Source of the DNA: a virus
Lineage: Duplodnaviria; Caudoviricetes
Reading direction: 5' to 3' (one strand)
Length of the DNA stretch: 64,000 nt
Virus record (IMG/VR): IMGVR_UViG_3300020152_000024
Coordinates: 1,382-65,381 of that record
Shown here: positions 1 through 8,777 of the stretch, one piece after another
How positions within the stretch are numbered: position 1 is the first letter of the stretch
Layout: each line of letters begins with the position of its first letter
Notes under the pieces: model-generated
Seen by the model: only the letters and a program-made list of their open reading frames with translations
The model's database searches: none
What the model was told of the DNA's origin: nothing
Translations under genes and position numbers: made by a program

Positions 1-7
1 GCGCTCC

Positions 8-208
8 ATGCGCATCAACGGCCATCGCACCAGCGTCGCGATCGAGCCGCGCTTCTGGAACGTGATCGAAGCGATGGCAGAGGCGCGAAGCCTCTCCATT
101 CCGAAGCTGATGGCCGAAATCGACAAAGCGCGAGCCTCGCAAGGCTCGCTGGCGTCGGCGGTGCGTTGCGCGGCGCTGGACTATGCCGAGCAAAGGAAAG
201 CAGCATGA
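8..208 (+). CDS. Ribbon-helix-helix (RHH_4-type) DNA-binding protein, possibly 5'-truncated by the window edge
   Basis: RINGHRTSVAIEPRFW...SLASAVR pattern typical of alphaproteobacterial RHH_4; frame is open to the window start. Confidence 0.8.
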   Translation: MRINGHRTSVAIEPRFWNVIEAMAEARSLSIPKLMAEIDKARASQGSLASAVRCAALDYAEQRKAA

Positions 209-711
209 CTCCCGAACAACTCCGCGACTGGATCGCAAAGGATCGACCGCGGCTCGAACGGAGCCTCGCGCGCCACCTCGAGATGATCGCTTCAGACAAC
301 GCCGAAATACGCATGGGCGCGCAAGCGTTCGCCGCGAAGTATGAGCGCGAGCTGGCTATCCTGGCCTACGCCGAGCGCGGGCTAGAGCCGCGGTGGAACA
401 CCGACCTTTCGGCAGCGCCGCGCGATGAAGAACTCGAAGTTCTGATGCCGAAGGTGTGGTGCAATCTCAACGCCAACGTCGGCGACGATGACCGCACCGA
501 GCATGTCGCGTACGTGCGGGTGTGCGTCGGATTTTTGCAAGGCGTCGATCACTGGCAAGTGCCGGAGCTGGATGGCGAGCCGAGCGGCGAATGGCTTGGT
601 GAAGATGTCGAGTGGGCGGACAACCCGCTCGCATGGCGACTGCTCCCGCCTGTGCCGCCCGAGATCGCGGCGCTGATCAAGAAGACGAACCCCACCGAGG
701 ATGCAGCATGA
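205..711 (+). CDS. Hypothetical phage protein
   Basis: ATGA overlaps at both ends; C-terminal ...PLAWRLLPP resembles DUF551-like tails. Confidence 0.7.
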   Translation: MTPEQLRDWIAKDRPRLERSLARHLEMIASDNAEIRMGAQAFAAKYERELAILAYAERGLEPRWNTDLSAAPRDEELEVLMPKVWCNLNANVGDDDRTEHVAYVRVCVGFLQGVDHWQVPELDGEPSGEWLGEDVEWADNPLAWRLLPPVPPEIAALIKKTNPTEDAA

Positions 712-1139
712 AGCGCATCGCCCTCATCTCTTGCTCTGCCACCAAAGGCTTCCGCGCGGCGCCCGCTGAGCAGCTCTACGCCGCGTCCGATCTCTTCGCC
801 AAGTCGAAGGCTTACGCTGAACAGATCGGCGCGCGCTGGTTCATCCTCTCGGCCAAGCATGGCCTGGTCGATCCTAAGCGCGTGGTCGAGCCCTACGATG
901 TCACGATGCGCGACCTCACCGTGCGCGAAAAGAACCTCTGGACCGCGAACGTGCTGGACGCCCTCGCCTCGCGAGAATTGGCGGACAAGCAGACGCACGT
1001 CACCATCCTCGCCGACGTCCTCTATCGCGAGCTGATCGAACAGCCGCTCCGTCGCTGCGGCTGCACCGTCGAAACCCCGCTCGCCAATCTCGCAATCGGC
1101 AAGCAGAAGGCGTGGCTTAAAGCTGCGATAGCCGCATGA
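708..1139 (+). CDS. DUF6884-family protein
   Basis: LISCSATK...A..LY...F...W.ILSAKHGL..P....PYD motif; ATGA-coupled. Confidence 0.75.
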   Translation: MKRIALISCSATKGFRAAPAEQLYAASDLFAKSKAYAEQIGARWFILSAKHGLVDPKRVVEPYDVTMRDLTVREKNLWTANVLDALASRELADKQTHVTILADVLYRELIEQPLRRCGCTVETPLANLAIGKQKAWLKAAIAA

Positions 1140-1387
1140 ACGCCGCCCGCCCTCTCGAAGGCGACGCCCTCGCCTGCCCGATCTGTCACAACCAGAGCAT
1201 CGTCCCGCCGAACTCGCTCACGCTCAAGCGCGGGCAATTCGTCGGGCGCGTGACTTTCGCTTGCGGATATTCCGCGACAGTTGCGCGGAAAATGTCTGGC
1301 GCGCGGTTCACTCAGATCGTGGCTTGCAGAACGGCGCGCGTGCGGCTGGTCGATGCAGACGCCCCAAAAACAGAGGGAGCCCTCTGA
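1136..1387 (+). CDS. Hypothetical protein (CxxC)
   Basis: ATGA-coupled; CPIC motif. Confidence 0.55.
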   Translation: MNAARPLEGDALACPICHNQSIVPPNSLTLKRGQFVGRVTFACGYSATVARKMSGARFTQIVACRTARVRLVDADAPKTEGAL

Positions 1388-1389
1388 CG

Positions 1390-1563
1390 ATGCCAACAGA
1401 GATGGACTCATATCGCCTCGATGGCTGGCGCGACACCGGCGACAGACGCATCCGCAACACGTGGCGCGGCGCGCTTCTCGAAGCGCGTTGGCAGCATCGA
1501 GACGGCGTGTCGCGTTGGCGTTGTGCCGCGGAGCCGCTGCGCTTCCAGAAGGCGGAGGGCTAG
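1390..1563 (+). CDS. Small hypothetical protein
   Basis: GGAG RBS upstream; fills the gap in the operon. Confidence 0.5.
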   Translation: MPTEMDSYRLDGWRDTGDRRIRNTWRGALLEARWQHRDGVSRWRCAAEPLRFQKAEG

Positions 1564-1884
1564 GTGAGCAGCGCCCAAGCATTGGCGAACGAACACGCCG
1601 ACATTTGCGCCGCGCATCGGCTGCAAATCCACGACGGCGCGGTCTGGGATGGTGCACGACGATTGTTCAACGTCGGCTACCCTGAAAGCGGTCATACGCT
1701 CCGGCGAATGATCGAAGCGTATCAGGCGGGCGCTGAAGGCTCGAGTTCGGCAGCATTGCGCGAAGCGTTGATCCTGCTCCGCATGGTGCGCAACGCCGGG
1801 CCGACCACACTGTTTTGCATGGAGGCGGATGATTTTATCGCCCGGGACGATGGCTGTTCGACGAAGGAGCGCGCCGATGGCTGA
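1564..1884 (+). CDS. Hypothetical protein
   Basis: GGAGG RBS, GTG start, abuts neighbours. Confidence 0.55.
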   Translation: MSSAQALANEHADICAAHRLQIHDGAVWDGARRLFNVGYPESGHTLRRMIEAYQAGAEGSSSAALREALILLRMVRNAGPTTLFCMEADDFIARDDGCSTKERADG

Positions 1885-2176
1885 CGTCTACCAAATCAAC
1901 ATGATCGCCTGCACCGCCACCATCTGCGATGAAATCAAGCATCCGGCGATCACGCAGCGCGACGTGGCGATGGCCTACGCGCTCGCGATCAAAAGCGAGG
2001 CGCAAGGCGCTGATAAACCCGACTGGCGTGCGATCAACACCGCGATCCTCAACCGCTGGAGCATGAGCGGCCTGGAGCGGATCAAGAAGCGCGCGATGGA
2101 TATCCTCGCGGGCAAGGTCGATCCCTCAGCGCCGATGCACGCGCGCAAGGCGTACGTGCCGACGGAGCGCGTTTGA
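1877..2176 (+). CDS. Hypothetical protein
   Basis: AAGGAG RBS, ATG at 1877. Confidence 0.65.
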   Translation: MADVYQINMIACTATICDEIKHPAITQRDVAMAYALAIKSEAQGADKPDWRAINTAILNRWSMSGLERIKKRAMDILAGKVDPSAPMHARKAYVPTERV

Positions 2177-2427
2177 TGCCCGACAAATGCCCGCGCTGCG
2201 GATCGCCTGCACCACACCGCCACCCTGCCGCTCAACACGAAGGCGAGGTCGAGATTTGCTTCAACGAATTTCACCTTCTCCCGTCGGCGCAAAACACGAT
2301 GGGCTACATCAACATGGTGCGCGCGGCGCGGAAGGTCGTGCGTAGCGGATGCTCCGAAATCGCAATCAGCAAGGCACGCGCTGCACAGATTGAAGCGGAC
2401 CTCCAGAAGGCAGGAGCCGCCGAATGA
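2176..2427 (+). CDS. Hypothetical protein (CxxC/H motif)
   Basis: TGATG coupling; CPRCGSPAPHRHP. Confidence 0.6.
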   Translation: MPDKCPRCGSPAPHRHPAAQHEGEVEICFNEFHLLPSAQNTMGYINMVRAARKVVRSGCSEIAISKARAAQIEADLQKAGAAE

Positions 2428-2732
2428 TCGTCGGCAAGTACGTGAAGACGTTCGCTGAAGGCGATATGGGGATGCTGAACGGCGCCAGCCTGAACGCGCC
2501 CTACAAATTTCATTGGGTCTTTGTAACGGCGGTCGATGACGATCACATCGTCTGTAGGGCGGGCCGCGAGGAAATGCGCTTGCCATATCGAAAGACGCCT
2601 GCGGGCGATCGAGCGAAAGTGACAGTGCAAGACCCGATCTTCGGGCCGATCGAGTTTCAGGTTCACCCGTTCCGTCGCAACGACGACGAAGGCTTCACGC
2701 CACCCACGCTCTCGACGAAGGAGCGCGCCTAA
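2424..2732 (+). CDS. Hypothetical protein
   Basis: ATGA coupling, AGGAG RBS. Confidence 0.6.
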   Translation: MIVGKYVKTFAEGDMGMLNGASLNAPYKFHWVFVTAVDDDHIVCRAGREEMRLPYRKTPAGDRAKVTVQDPIFGPIEFQVHPFRRNDDEGFTPPTLSTKERA

Positions 2733-3047
2733 ATGCGCACCGTTGACCGCCGCATCGATGATGGCTGGGCCACGCGCAAAAACGCGAAGGCCACGCGCTA
2801 TCGCCCCTGCCCGACTGGCCTGCACATCGCGCTTCACGATGAAGACGAAAACGAGTTCGTCACCGTGGCGAACCTTCCGTTCCCGACGGCTGAAACGGCG
2901 CGCGAGGCCTTCTCCATCGCGGCGCTTCGCTACGCCGACGTCGAAGCCGATCTCGTTTGCGACCTCTACATCGACGGCGATCTCATCGAGACCTGCGAGC
3001 TGTGGCGGCAGCAGATTGAACCGTTGCGCAGGGAAGTGCAGCCGTGA
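2733..3047 (+). CDS. Hypothetical protein
   Basis: AAGGAG RBS, abuts the previous stop. Confidence 0.6.
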   Translation: MRTVDRRIDDGWATRKNAKATRYRPCPTGLHIALHDEDENEFVTVANLPFPTAETAREAFSIAALRYADVEADLVCDLYIDGDLIETCELWRQQIEPLRREVQP

Positions 3048-3556
3048 GCGATCTCATACTCGACCGCTCTGCGATTCTCTCGCCGTGCGAGCTATTCCGC
3101 TATCGCCTGGAGCGGGCGACGGCGACCGCCGGCATCGTCGCGGCCATCCTTGGCGTCAATCCATCAACCGCTGACGCGAAGATCGACGACGCCACCATCC
3201 GCAAAGACATGGGCTTTGCCGCCCGTCTCGGCTGGCGCCGCATCATCAAGGGCAACAAGTTCGCCTTCCGCGCCACCGATGTTCACATCCTGCGCTACGC
3301 CGCCGATCCCATCGGGCCGGAGAACGACGCGCACCTCGAACAGATCATGCGCGATGCTGACGTTGTGGTTGCGGCATGGGGTCCGCTCGCCAAGCTGCCG
3401 GTGCAGCTGCGCCCGCGCTGGCGCGCCGTCGCCGCCATAGCTGATCGCGTCGGCAAGCCCCTTCTCTGCTTTGGCACATGCCAAGACGGTCAGCCGCGCC
3501 ACACGCTGATGCTGGCCTATGACACGCCGCTGATTGAATGGAGCCGACCGACATGA
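3044..3556 (+). CDS. DUF1643-family protein
   Basis: RYRL.R...GVNPSTAD...DD.TIRK...N.FAFRATD...AWG...PRH.L. Confidence 0.85.
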   Translation: MSDLILDRSAILSPCELFRYRLERATATAGIVAAILGVNPSTADAKIDDATIRKDMGFAARLGWRRIIKGNKFAFRATDVHILRYAADPIGPENDAHLEQIMRDADVVVAAWGPLAKLPVQLRPRWRAVAAIADRVGKPLLCFGTCQDGQPRHTLMLAYDTPLIEWSRPT

Positions 3557-4170
3557 GCCAGCGAACCGACGATCTCTACAAGAGGTGCTCGAAGTGCGGC
3601 CAGTCCAACAGCAAGCACACGATCGGGCGAGGTGAGCCGGGCGGCTGCCCGCGGGTGACCGACGAAGAGATCGCCGACATTCTGCGCGGCGCTCGCGAAG
3701 AAATCGTCACGCACCCCGACGGCTCGAAGTCGATCCATGTCACCATCGAACGATCCGCGCTCGATCGATTGCACGACCGCTGCCGCGAAGACCTCGGCGG
3801 CGCGGTGAGCGTCAGCAGCGTGATGCTGATGTACTTGATCCAGGTCTATCGCACGTACCGGCCCCGCCTGGTGCGCGCGATTGAAGAACTTCAGCGCCGC
3901 GTTGCGGAGCGTCAGGCCTTCAAAGACTTCGTGCACCGTCGCCTCGACGAAGCGGGCATCCCTACTCACCCCGACGGCCCGCACTCGAAGGAAGGCTGCA
4001 GGATCGGCGACAGGCTCGACCTCGTGCTGGAGCCGCCCGTGATCGATCGCGATGAGATTGCGCGCGTGCTGGAGATCGTCGCCGACGACGGCCTGCCCGA
4101 GCCTCGCGACATCGACGTCGCCACCGATGCGATCCTTGCCGCCTGCTTTGAAGGGCGCATCCCGACATGA
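3553..4170 (+). CDS. Hypothetical phage protein
   Basis: ATGA-coupled; HSKEGCRIGDRLD motif. Confidence 0.65.
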   Translation: MSQRTDDLYKRCSKCGQSNSKHTIGRGEPGGCPRVTDEEIADILRGAREEIVTHPDGSKSIHVTIERSALDRLHDRCREDLGGAVSVSSVMLMYLIQVYRTYRPRLVRAIEELQRRVAERQAFKDFVHRRLDEAGIPTHPDGPHSKEGCRIGDRLDLVLEPPVIDRDEIARVLEIVADDGLPEPRDIDVATDAILAACFEGRIPT

Positions 4171-4541
4171 TTTATCGCCTCGTGATCATCGATGATTGCG
4201 ATTGCCCCGAGCCTCGTATGGTCGCGATCACGCGCACGCATGAAGGCGTGTGCGAATGGATGTACGCGAGCGCGTGGAAGCGGCTTAGCCGCTACGGGAA
4301 ATGGACACGTTCGGAATGTGCAAACCGGCACACCGACCTTCAGCTTTTCGGCGTGCGCCCGATCATCGAGGTGCGCGATGGCGCGCATTGGCTGCGCGTA
4401 GAGCGCATCGGCGAAAGTCGCGCCACCTACTTCGATGGCGTGCCTCGCCAATGGCAGGGCCGCCCAGACGCGGCGACACCGCTGCGCGAGAAGCTTGTGC
4501 CAGACCTTCTCAAATTCACCGCGCAGAAAGCAGCCGCGTGA
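4167..4541 (+). CDS. Hypothetical protein
   Basis: ATGA-coupled ORF. Confidence 0.6.
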   Translation: MIYRLVIIDDCDCPEPRMVAITRTHEGVCEWMYASAWKRLSRYGKWTRSECANRHTDLQLFGVRPIIEVRDGAHWLRVERIGESRATYFDGVPRQWQGRPDAATPLREKLVPDLLKFTAQKAAA

Positions 4542-4996
4542 CGCGCCCCCGCTCCTTCGCCGGGCGTCTGTGGAGCGCGCAAGATGGCCGCTGCTATCTG
4601 CGCATCACCGAAGCGTGCCGCGCCCTCGACGGCGCACTGCATGAGTTGCAGCTCGGCAAGGGCTCAGATCACCGCGGCTGGACCTGGGAGCATGTGATCC
4701 CGCGCGTGAAGGCAAAGAAGCTGCTGACGCGCGGCGCCACCATCAGCGCAAGCCTCAAACTCCTCGCCTGCGAGAAGTGCAATCAAGCCAAGGGCGCGAA
4801 GCTTCCGGAAGACACGCACATCGATCTGGCGCTAAAAATCTACGCATCGCTCGGGCTCACCAATCCGAGCGGCGACGTCGCCGAGCTGGTGCGCCGCTAT
4901 CGCGCCTGGCGCAACGGCGAACACACCATCGCCCCGCCCGTTCCGGACAGCGTCGAAGAAGCCCTCGCGCAAGGCGGGATCATCGTCCGCACGTGA
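4538..4996 (+). CDS. HNH endonuclease
   Basis: QDGRCY...TWEHVIPR...ACEKCNQAKG. Confidence 0.75.
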   Translation: MTRPRSFAGRLWSAQDGRCYLRITEACRALDGALHELQLGKGSDHRGWTWEHVIPRVKAKKLLTRGATISASLKLLACEKCNQAKGAKLPEDTHIDLALKIYASLGLTNPSGDVAELVRRYRAWRNGEHTIAPPVPDSVEEALAQGGIIVRT

Positions 4997-5148
4997 CAGA
5001 TCGCGCCGCCCCCTCGCCGGCGAAAACGCCAGTGCGCTCAGAGCCTAGCACGCTGCGTCGTTGCTCACAGGCCGAGCCCGCGCTTGACAGCCTGCTACGG
5101 CTTGCGCGCTTGCTCGGCCAACAAGCGGCGCGGGAGTCGGGCAAATGA
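4993..5148 (+). CDS. Small protein upstream of the serine integrase (candidate directionality/accessory factor)
   Basis: GTGA/ATGA coupling; amphipathic LLRLARLLGQQAARE helix. Confidence 0.45.
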   Translation: MTDRAAPSPAKTPVRSEPSTLRRCSQAEPALDSLLRLARLLGQQAARESGK

Positions 5149-5342
5149 ACGGACGGGTCACTGCAACGGAAGAAGTGTTTCATTGGGAAAGTCTCGACGG
5201 TTCGCAACAGTTCAAGATCAGCGCGCACAACGAGGTCCTTGTCATCACCGCAGAGGATAAGGCCCTCGGCACATCGAGCTGCGTCACTCTAGCCACCACG
5301 TCCGCGCGTGCGCTCAAAGCTTGGTTCAACGTGCGACCATGA
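5145..5342 (+). CDS. Hypothetical protein
   Basis: GGGAG RBS; ATGA-coupled to the integrase. Confidence 0.55.
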   Translation: MNGRVTATEEVFHWESLDGSQQFKISAHNEVLVITAEDKALGTSSCVTLATTSARALKAWFNVRP

Positions 5343-6988
5343 TCGCCGCCATCTACGCCCGCTATTCATCGGACCTTCAGTCCGAGCGCTCGATCGATGA
5401 TCAGATCGCGGCGTGCATGACGTTTGCGGCGCAGCGCGGACTGCCAGCGCCGACGATGAACTTCGCCGATGCTGCGATCTCCGGCGCATCGATGGCGACG
5501 CGGCCACAGCTCTTGGCCCTGCTCGACCTCGTGCGCGCGCGGCGCATCTCCATCATCATAGCTGAAGCGATCGACCGCCTCTCGCGCGATCAAGCGGACC
5601 TCCATCTCATTCGCCGCGCCTGCGACGCCAACAACGTGAAGCTCTACACCATCTCCGATGGCGAGGTGTCGGGCATGGTCGCAGGTCTGCAAGGCATCAT
5701 GGCCGAAGCGTTCCTGAAAAATCTCGCCCAGAAGACACGCCGCGGCATGATGGGCGTCGCCCGCGAAGGCCGCATCGCCGGCGGCCTCTCGTTCGGATAT
5801 CGCGCCATCGACGGCCGTCCAGGCGAACGCACGATCGATGAAGCGGAAGCCGGCATCGTGCGGCGCATCTACGCCAGTTATCTCGCCGGCCGTTCCCCCT
5901 ACGCCATCGCGCGCTCGCTCAACGCTGAAGGCGTCGCTGGACCGCGCGGGCGCGCCTGGAAGGTCAACACCATCGCAGGCGATGCGCGCATCGGCGATGG
6001 CATCCTCTGCAACGAACTCTATCGCGGGCGCATCGTCTTCAACCGGCGCCGCTACCAGAAGAACCCCGAAACCGGCCGCCGCTCGAGCTTTTTGAACCCG
6101 CCCGCCGAATGGCTCATCGTCGAAAAGCCCGAACTGCGCATTCTCGATGACGACACGTTCGAAGCGGCGATGGCGATGCGCCGGGGCCTGGGCTCGACCC
6201 CGCTCCAGAACCGGCGCAAGCGGCCTCAACGCCTGCTCTCCGGGATCCTGCGCTGCGCCGCGTGCGGCGGCGCCTTCACCATCATCAACCGTGACCGCAT
6301 GGCCTGCTCCAACGCCATCGCCGGAACCGGCTCATGCGACGTGCGCCAGCGCCTGCCCGCGGCCGTCGCCGAACGGCGCGTGATCGAGGGGCTGAAGCGC
6401 AATCTGCTCAGCCCCGACGCCATCGCCGCCGGCGTGCGCGGCTACCAGGAACAGCGCAAAGCGATGCGCGGAGAAGAGAACGCCCGCCGCCACGAAGCGA
6501 CACGCGGCATCGAAGAAGCCCGCCGCCGCGCCAGCCGAATCGCCGACCAGCTGATCGACACCCCCTCGCCGACGCTCCGGACCAAGCTCGCCGAAGCCGA
6601 AGCGCAGGTCACCGCGTTTGAAGCCGAGCTGGCGGCCATTCCCCCGGCATCGATCGTCGAGCTGCACCCCAACGCCGCCGATGCCTACAAGGCCGTCGTG
6701 GCGACGCTGGAGACGGCCCTAAGCGCCGACGCCGCCCCGGAGATCAGGCAGGCCGTCAGAGGGCTCCTGGAGCGCATAGAAGCCGCTCCAGACGCCGGTG
6801 CGCCCGACGGCTGGTCCCTCGTCATCTACGGCCAGCTCGCGACACTGCTGGCGCTGGCAAACGAAAAAACCCCCGGCGTTTCCGCCGGGGGCCTTCCGCT
6901 GATCTCGAGTGCAATCCCAAGCACTGTAGGGTTGGGTGCGGGAGCCTACACCGGGCGCTACAGTGCGACGGTTCGGCTGGTGGCCTGA
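5339..6988 (+). CDS. int: Large serine recombinase (integrase)
   Basis: YARYSS catalytic motif, DRLSR, recombinase domain, LLSGILRCAACG Zn ribbon, coiled coil. Confidence 0.95.
   Translation: MIAAIYARYSSDLQSERSIDDQIAACMTFAAQRGLPAPTMNFADAAISGASMATRPQLLALLDLVRARRISIIIAEAIDRLSRDQADLHLIRRACDANNVKLYTISDGEVSGMVAGLQGIMAEAFLKNLAQKTRRGMMGVAREGRIAGGLSFGYRAIDGRPGERTIDEAEAGIVRRIYASYLAGRSPYAIARSLNAEGVAGPRGRAWKVNTIAGDARIGDGILCNELYRGRIVFNRRRYQKNPETGRRSSFLNPPAEWLIVEKPELRILDDDTFEAAMAMRRGLGSTPLQNRRKRPQRLLSGILRCAACGGAFTIINRDRMACSNAIAGTGSCDVRQRLPAAVAERRVIEGLKRNLLSPDAIAAGVRGYQEQRKAMRGEENARRHEATRGIEEARRRASRIADQLIDTPSPTLRTKLAEAEAQVTAFEAELAAIPPASIVELHPNAADAYKAVVATLETALSADAAPEIRQAVRGLLERIEAAPDAGAPDGWSLVIYGQLATLLALANEKTPGVSAGGLPLISSAIPSTVGLGAGAYTGRYSATVRLVA
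6864..6891 (-). terminator. Rho-independent terminator for - strand transcription, inside the integrase ORF
   Basis: CCCCCGGCG-TTTC-CGCCGGGGG hairpin with an A6 run on its + strand 5' side. Confidence 0.7.
6921..6966. other. attP site within the integrase 3' end
   Basis: Perfect 9-bp IR GCACTGTAG/CTACAGTGC plus inner GGTG/CACC, symmetric about AG at 6943-6944; left arm TGGGTGCGGGAG resembles the reverse complement of a tRNA 3' end. Confidence 0.75.
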
Positions 6989-7029
6989 GGTGAGTCGCCA
7001 CGTGAAACATTCCGGTTTCACGGCCCCGC

Positions 7030-7335
7030 CTATTTCACCGTCCCGCCCGGCTTTAGCGCCCTGATCTGCGCCAGCAATTTCTCCAAGGGCGGCCGCGTCC
7101 CGAGACGCGCTTTGAGCGGGGCCAGCTCCACTTTCAGCACGCCGCGACGCCGGCAATAGCGACACCGGAGCCGGGCCAACGTCTCGGCTACCCGGCCCTG
7201 CACACCCCAGGCGGCCAAAGCATTGTCCCGCGACACCGCCACATGCCGCCCGCACAAAGTGCAGCTGAACAAGAGCCCATATTCTGTCGGGACGGCGCCA
7301 AAGCGTCCTGGAACCGGGGGCGTCCAACGGGCCAT
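7030..7335 (-). CDS. Zn-finger hypothetical protein
   Basis: CTLC...CRYC pairs. Confidence 0.65.
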   Translation of the reverse strand: MARWTPPVPGRFGAVPTEYGLLFSCTLCGRHVAVSRDNALAAWGVQGRVAETLARLRCRYCRRRGVLKVELAPLKARLGTRPPLEKLLAQIRALKPGGTVK

Positions 7336-7386
7336 GCGCAGCTCATCTGTTCTTGTTACGTTCCAAGGTCAAGCCGCGCGCGGACG

Positions 7387-7421
7387 AAAAGCAGCCCCGC
7401 CACCCTTTCGGACGGCGGGGC
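7387..7421 (-). terminator. Terminator after the late operon
   Basis: GCCCCGCC...GGCGGGGC stem with an A4 run nearby. Confidence 0.55.
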
Positions 7422-7448
7422 CAAGGATGCTGCCATGGAGGGCGCGTT

Positions 7449-8339
7449 TCAGGCGGCCAGTGGCTTTGCCGGCTTGGGATAGCGGTCAGCGAGCTTGACG
7501 CCCGCGGCGGCCATCAGGCGCTCGATCTTGGCCTTGACCTTCGGCTGCTCGATGCCCGTCGCCTCGCTAATGGATTGCGCCAACGGGCGATACGTCACGA
7601 TTTCACCCCGCGCGGCCATGGCGTCGCCGAAACGATACACAACGGCCAAAGTGAGGTCCTGCGTCGTCGCGGCGGGACGTAGCGCCGGTTCCTCATAGCC
7701 GGGACGCGCGACGGCGTCAGGGACGACGGCCCCCTGTCCCGTGACGATGACGGCGGCGCCAGTGACAACCTTTTCCAGGACGCGGCCCGGCCCATGACGA
7801 TGATCGGCGATGTCGGTCACTTTGCCTTCGTCTTGCGCGTCGCGGGCGCGCTGTTCGGCGTCAGCCTTCGCCCGGATGCGGTCCAGCTCGGCTTTGGTTT
7901 CAGCGTCCGCCAGCGCCTTGGCGTTGCGCTGCTCGGTGCGCTTTTCCTCGATGTGTTCGGCCAACAGGAAAAGCCCCGGCTCCAGAGCGGCGAGGAAGAT
8001 CACCATGGCGATGTTGACCTCGTTGCCGTTGACCTCCCACGCGTGCTTGACGCCGAGACCTGCCCAGAAAGCGCAGCCGCCCGCGAACACGAGAGCGACC
8101 AAGCCAGAGATCAGCATGTCGGCGGTGAAGGCCCGGCGCGCGAGAATGGCGCACGCGACGGCCAGCACTTGGGCGCCGGCGCACATCGCCGCCCGGAACG
8201 GCTCATCGGCCTCAATCCAGGCGAGACACGAGAACCAGCCGATCAGCACCATGTAGGCGACAGCGGCGATGTGGATCGGCCGATAATCGTCTTTCCAGGG
8301 ATGATCGACGCCGGACTTGGGAGCGGTAATGGTGGTCAT
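7449..8339 (-). CDS. Membrane protein (about 4 TM helices, coiled coil, C-terminal possible HTH)
   Basis: Four hydrophobic segments, then a charged helical region. Confidence 0.7.
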   Translation of the reverse strand: MTTITAPKSGVDHPWKDDYRPIHIAAVAYMVLIGWFSCLAWIEADEPFRAAMCAGAQVLAVACAILARRAFTADMLISGLVALVFAGGCAFWAGLGVKHAWEVNGNEVNIAMVIFLAALEPGLFLLAEHIEEKRTEQRNAKALADAETKAELDRIRAKADAEQRARDAQDEGKVTDIADHRHGPGRVLEKVVTGAAVIVTGQGAVVPDAVARPGYEEPALRPAATTQDLTLAVVYRFGDAMAARGEIVTYRPLAQSISEATGIEQPKVKAKIERLMAAAGVKLADRYPKPAKPLAA

Positions 8340-8429
8340 GATAGCCCCATGCTGGCGGGCATCGCTTCACACTTCGTAAACGCGAATTGACGAAACGTGC
8401 GCGCGCCCGCGCGCGAGGCGGTAACCGCC

Positions 8430-8717
8430 CTAGCGCTTGGCTGTCCGCGAGGCCCTCTGCGCAGGGGAGCGCCGTTCCGGCCGGCTCGCGGTTTTGCGCG
8501 CGGCGTTCGGACGCCGGCGAATTTTCTTGGCCTTGTCGTCGAGCTTCTGCAGCGAAGCCGCCAGCTCGAGCGCCGTCGCCTGTTGCGCCAGGCGCTTGAT
8601 CTCAGCGCGGAGCTTCTTGGCCGCGGCGAGCTTTTGCGCCGCGGTAGTGCCGGCCGTCTTCTTGGCCGGCGTTTTCGCGCTTCTGACGCGCTGCTTGGTC
8701 TTGGTGGTTTTCTTCAT
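8430..8717 (-). CDS. Highly basic K/R/A-rich protein (histone H1-like composition)
   Basis: AGGAG RBS; MKKTTKTKQRVRSAKTPAKK... Confidence 0.6.
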   Translation of the reverse strand: MKKTTKTKQRVRSAKTPAKKTAGTTAAQKLAAAKKLRAEIKRLAQQATALELAASLQKLDDKAKKIRRRPNAARKTASRPERRSPAQRASRTAKR

Positions 8718-8777
8718 CGCTGATGCTCCTGGACCGGATGCAAGCAGCGACACTCACGCGCGCGGTCGCGGCGCGGA

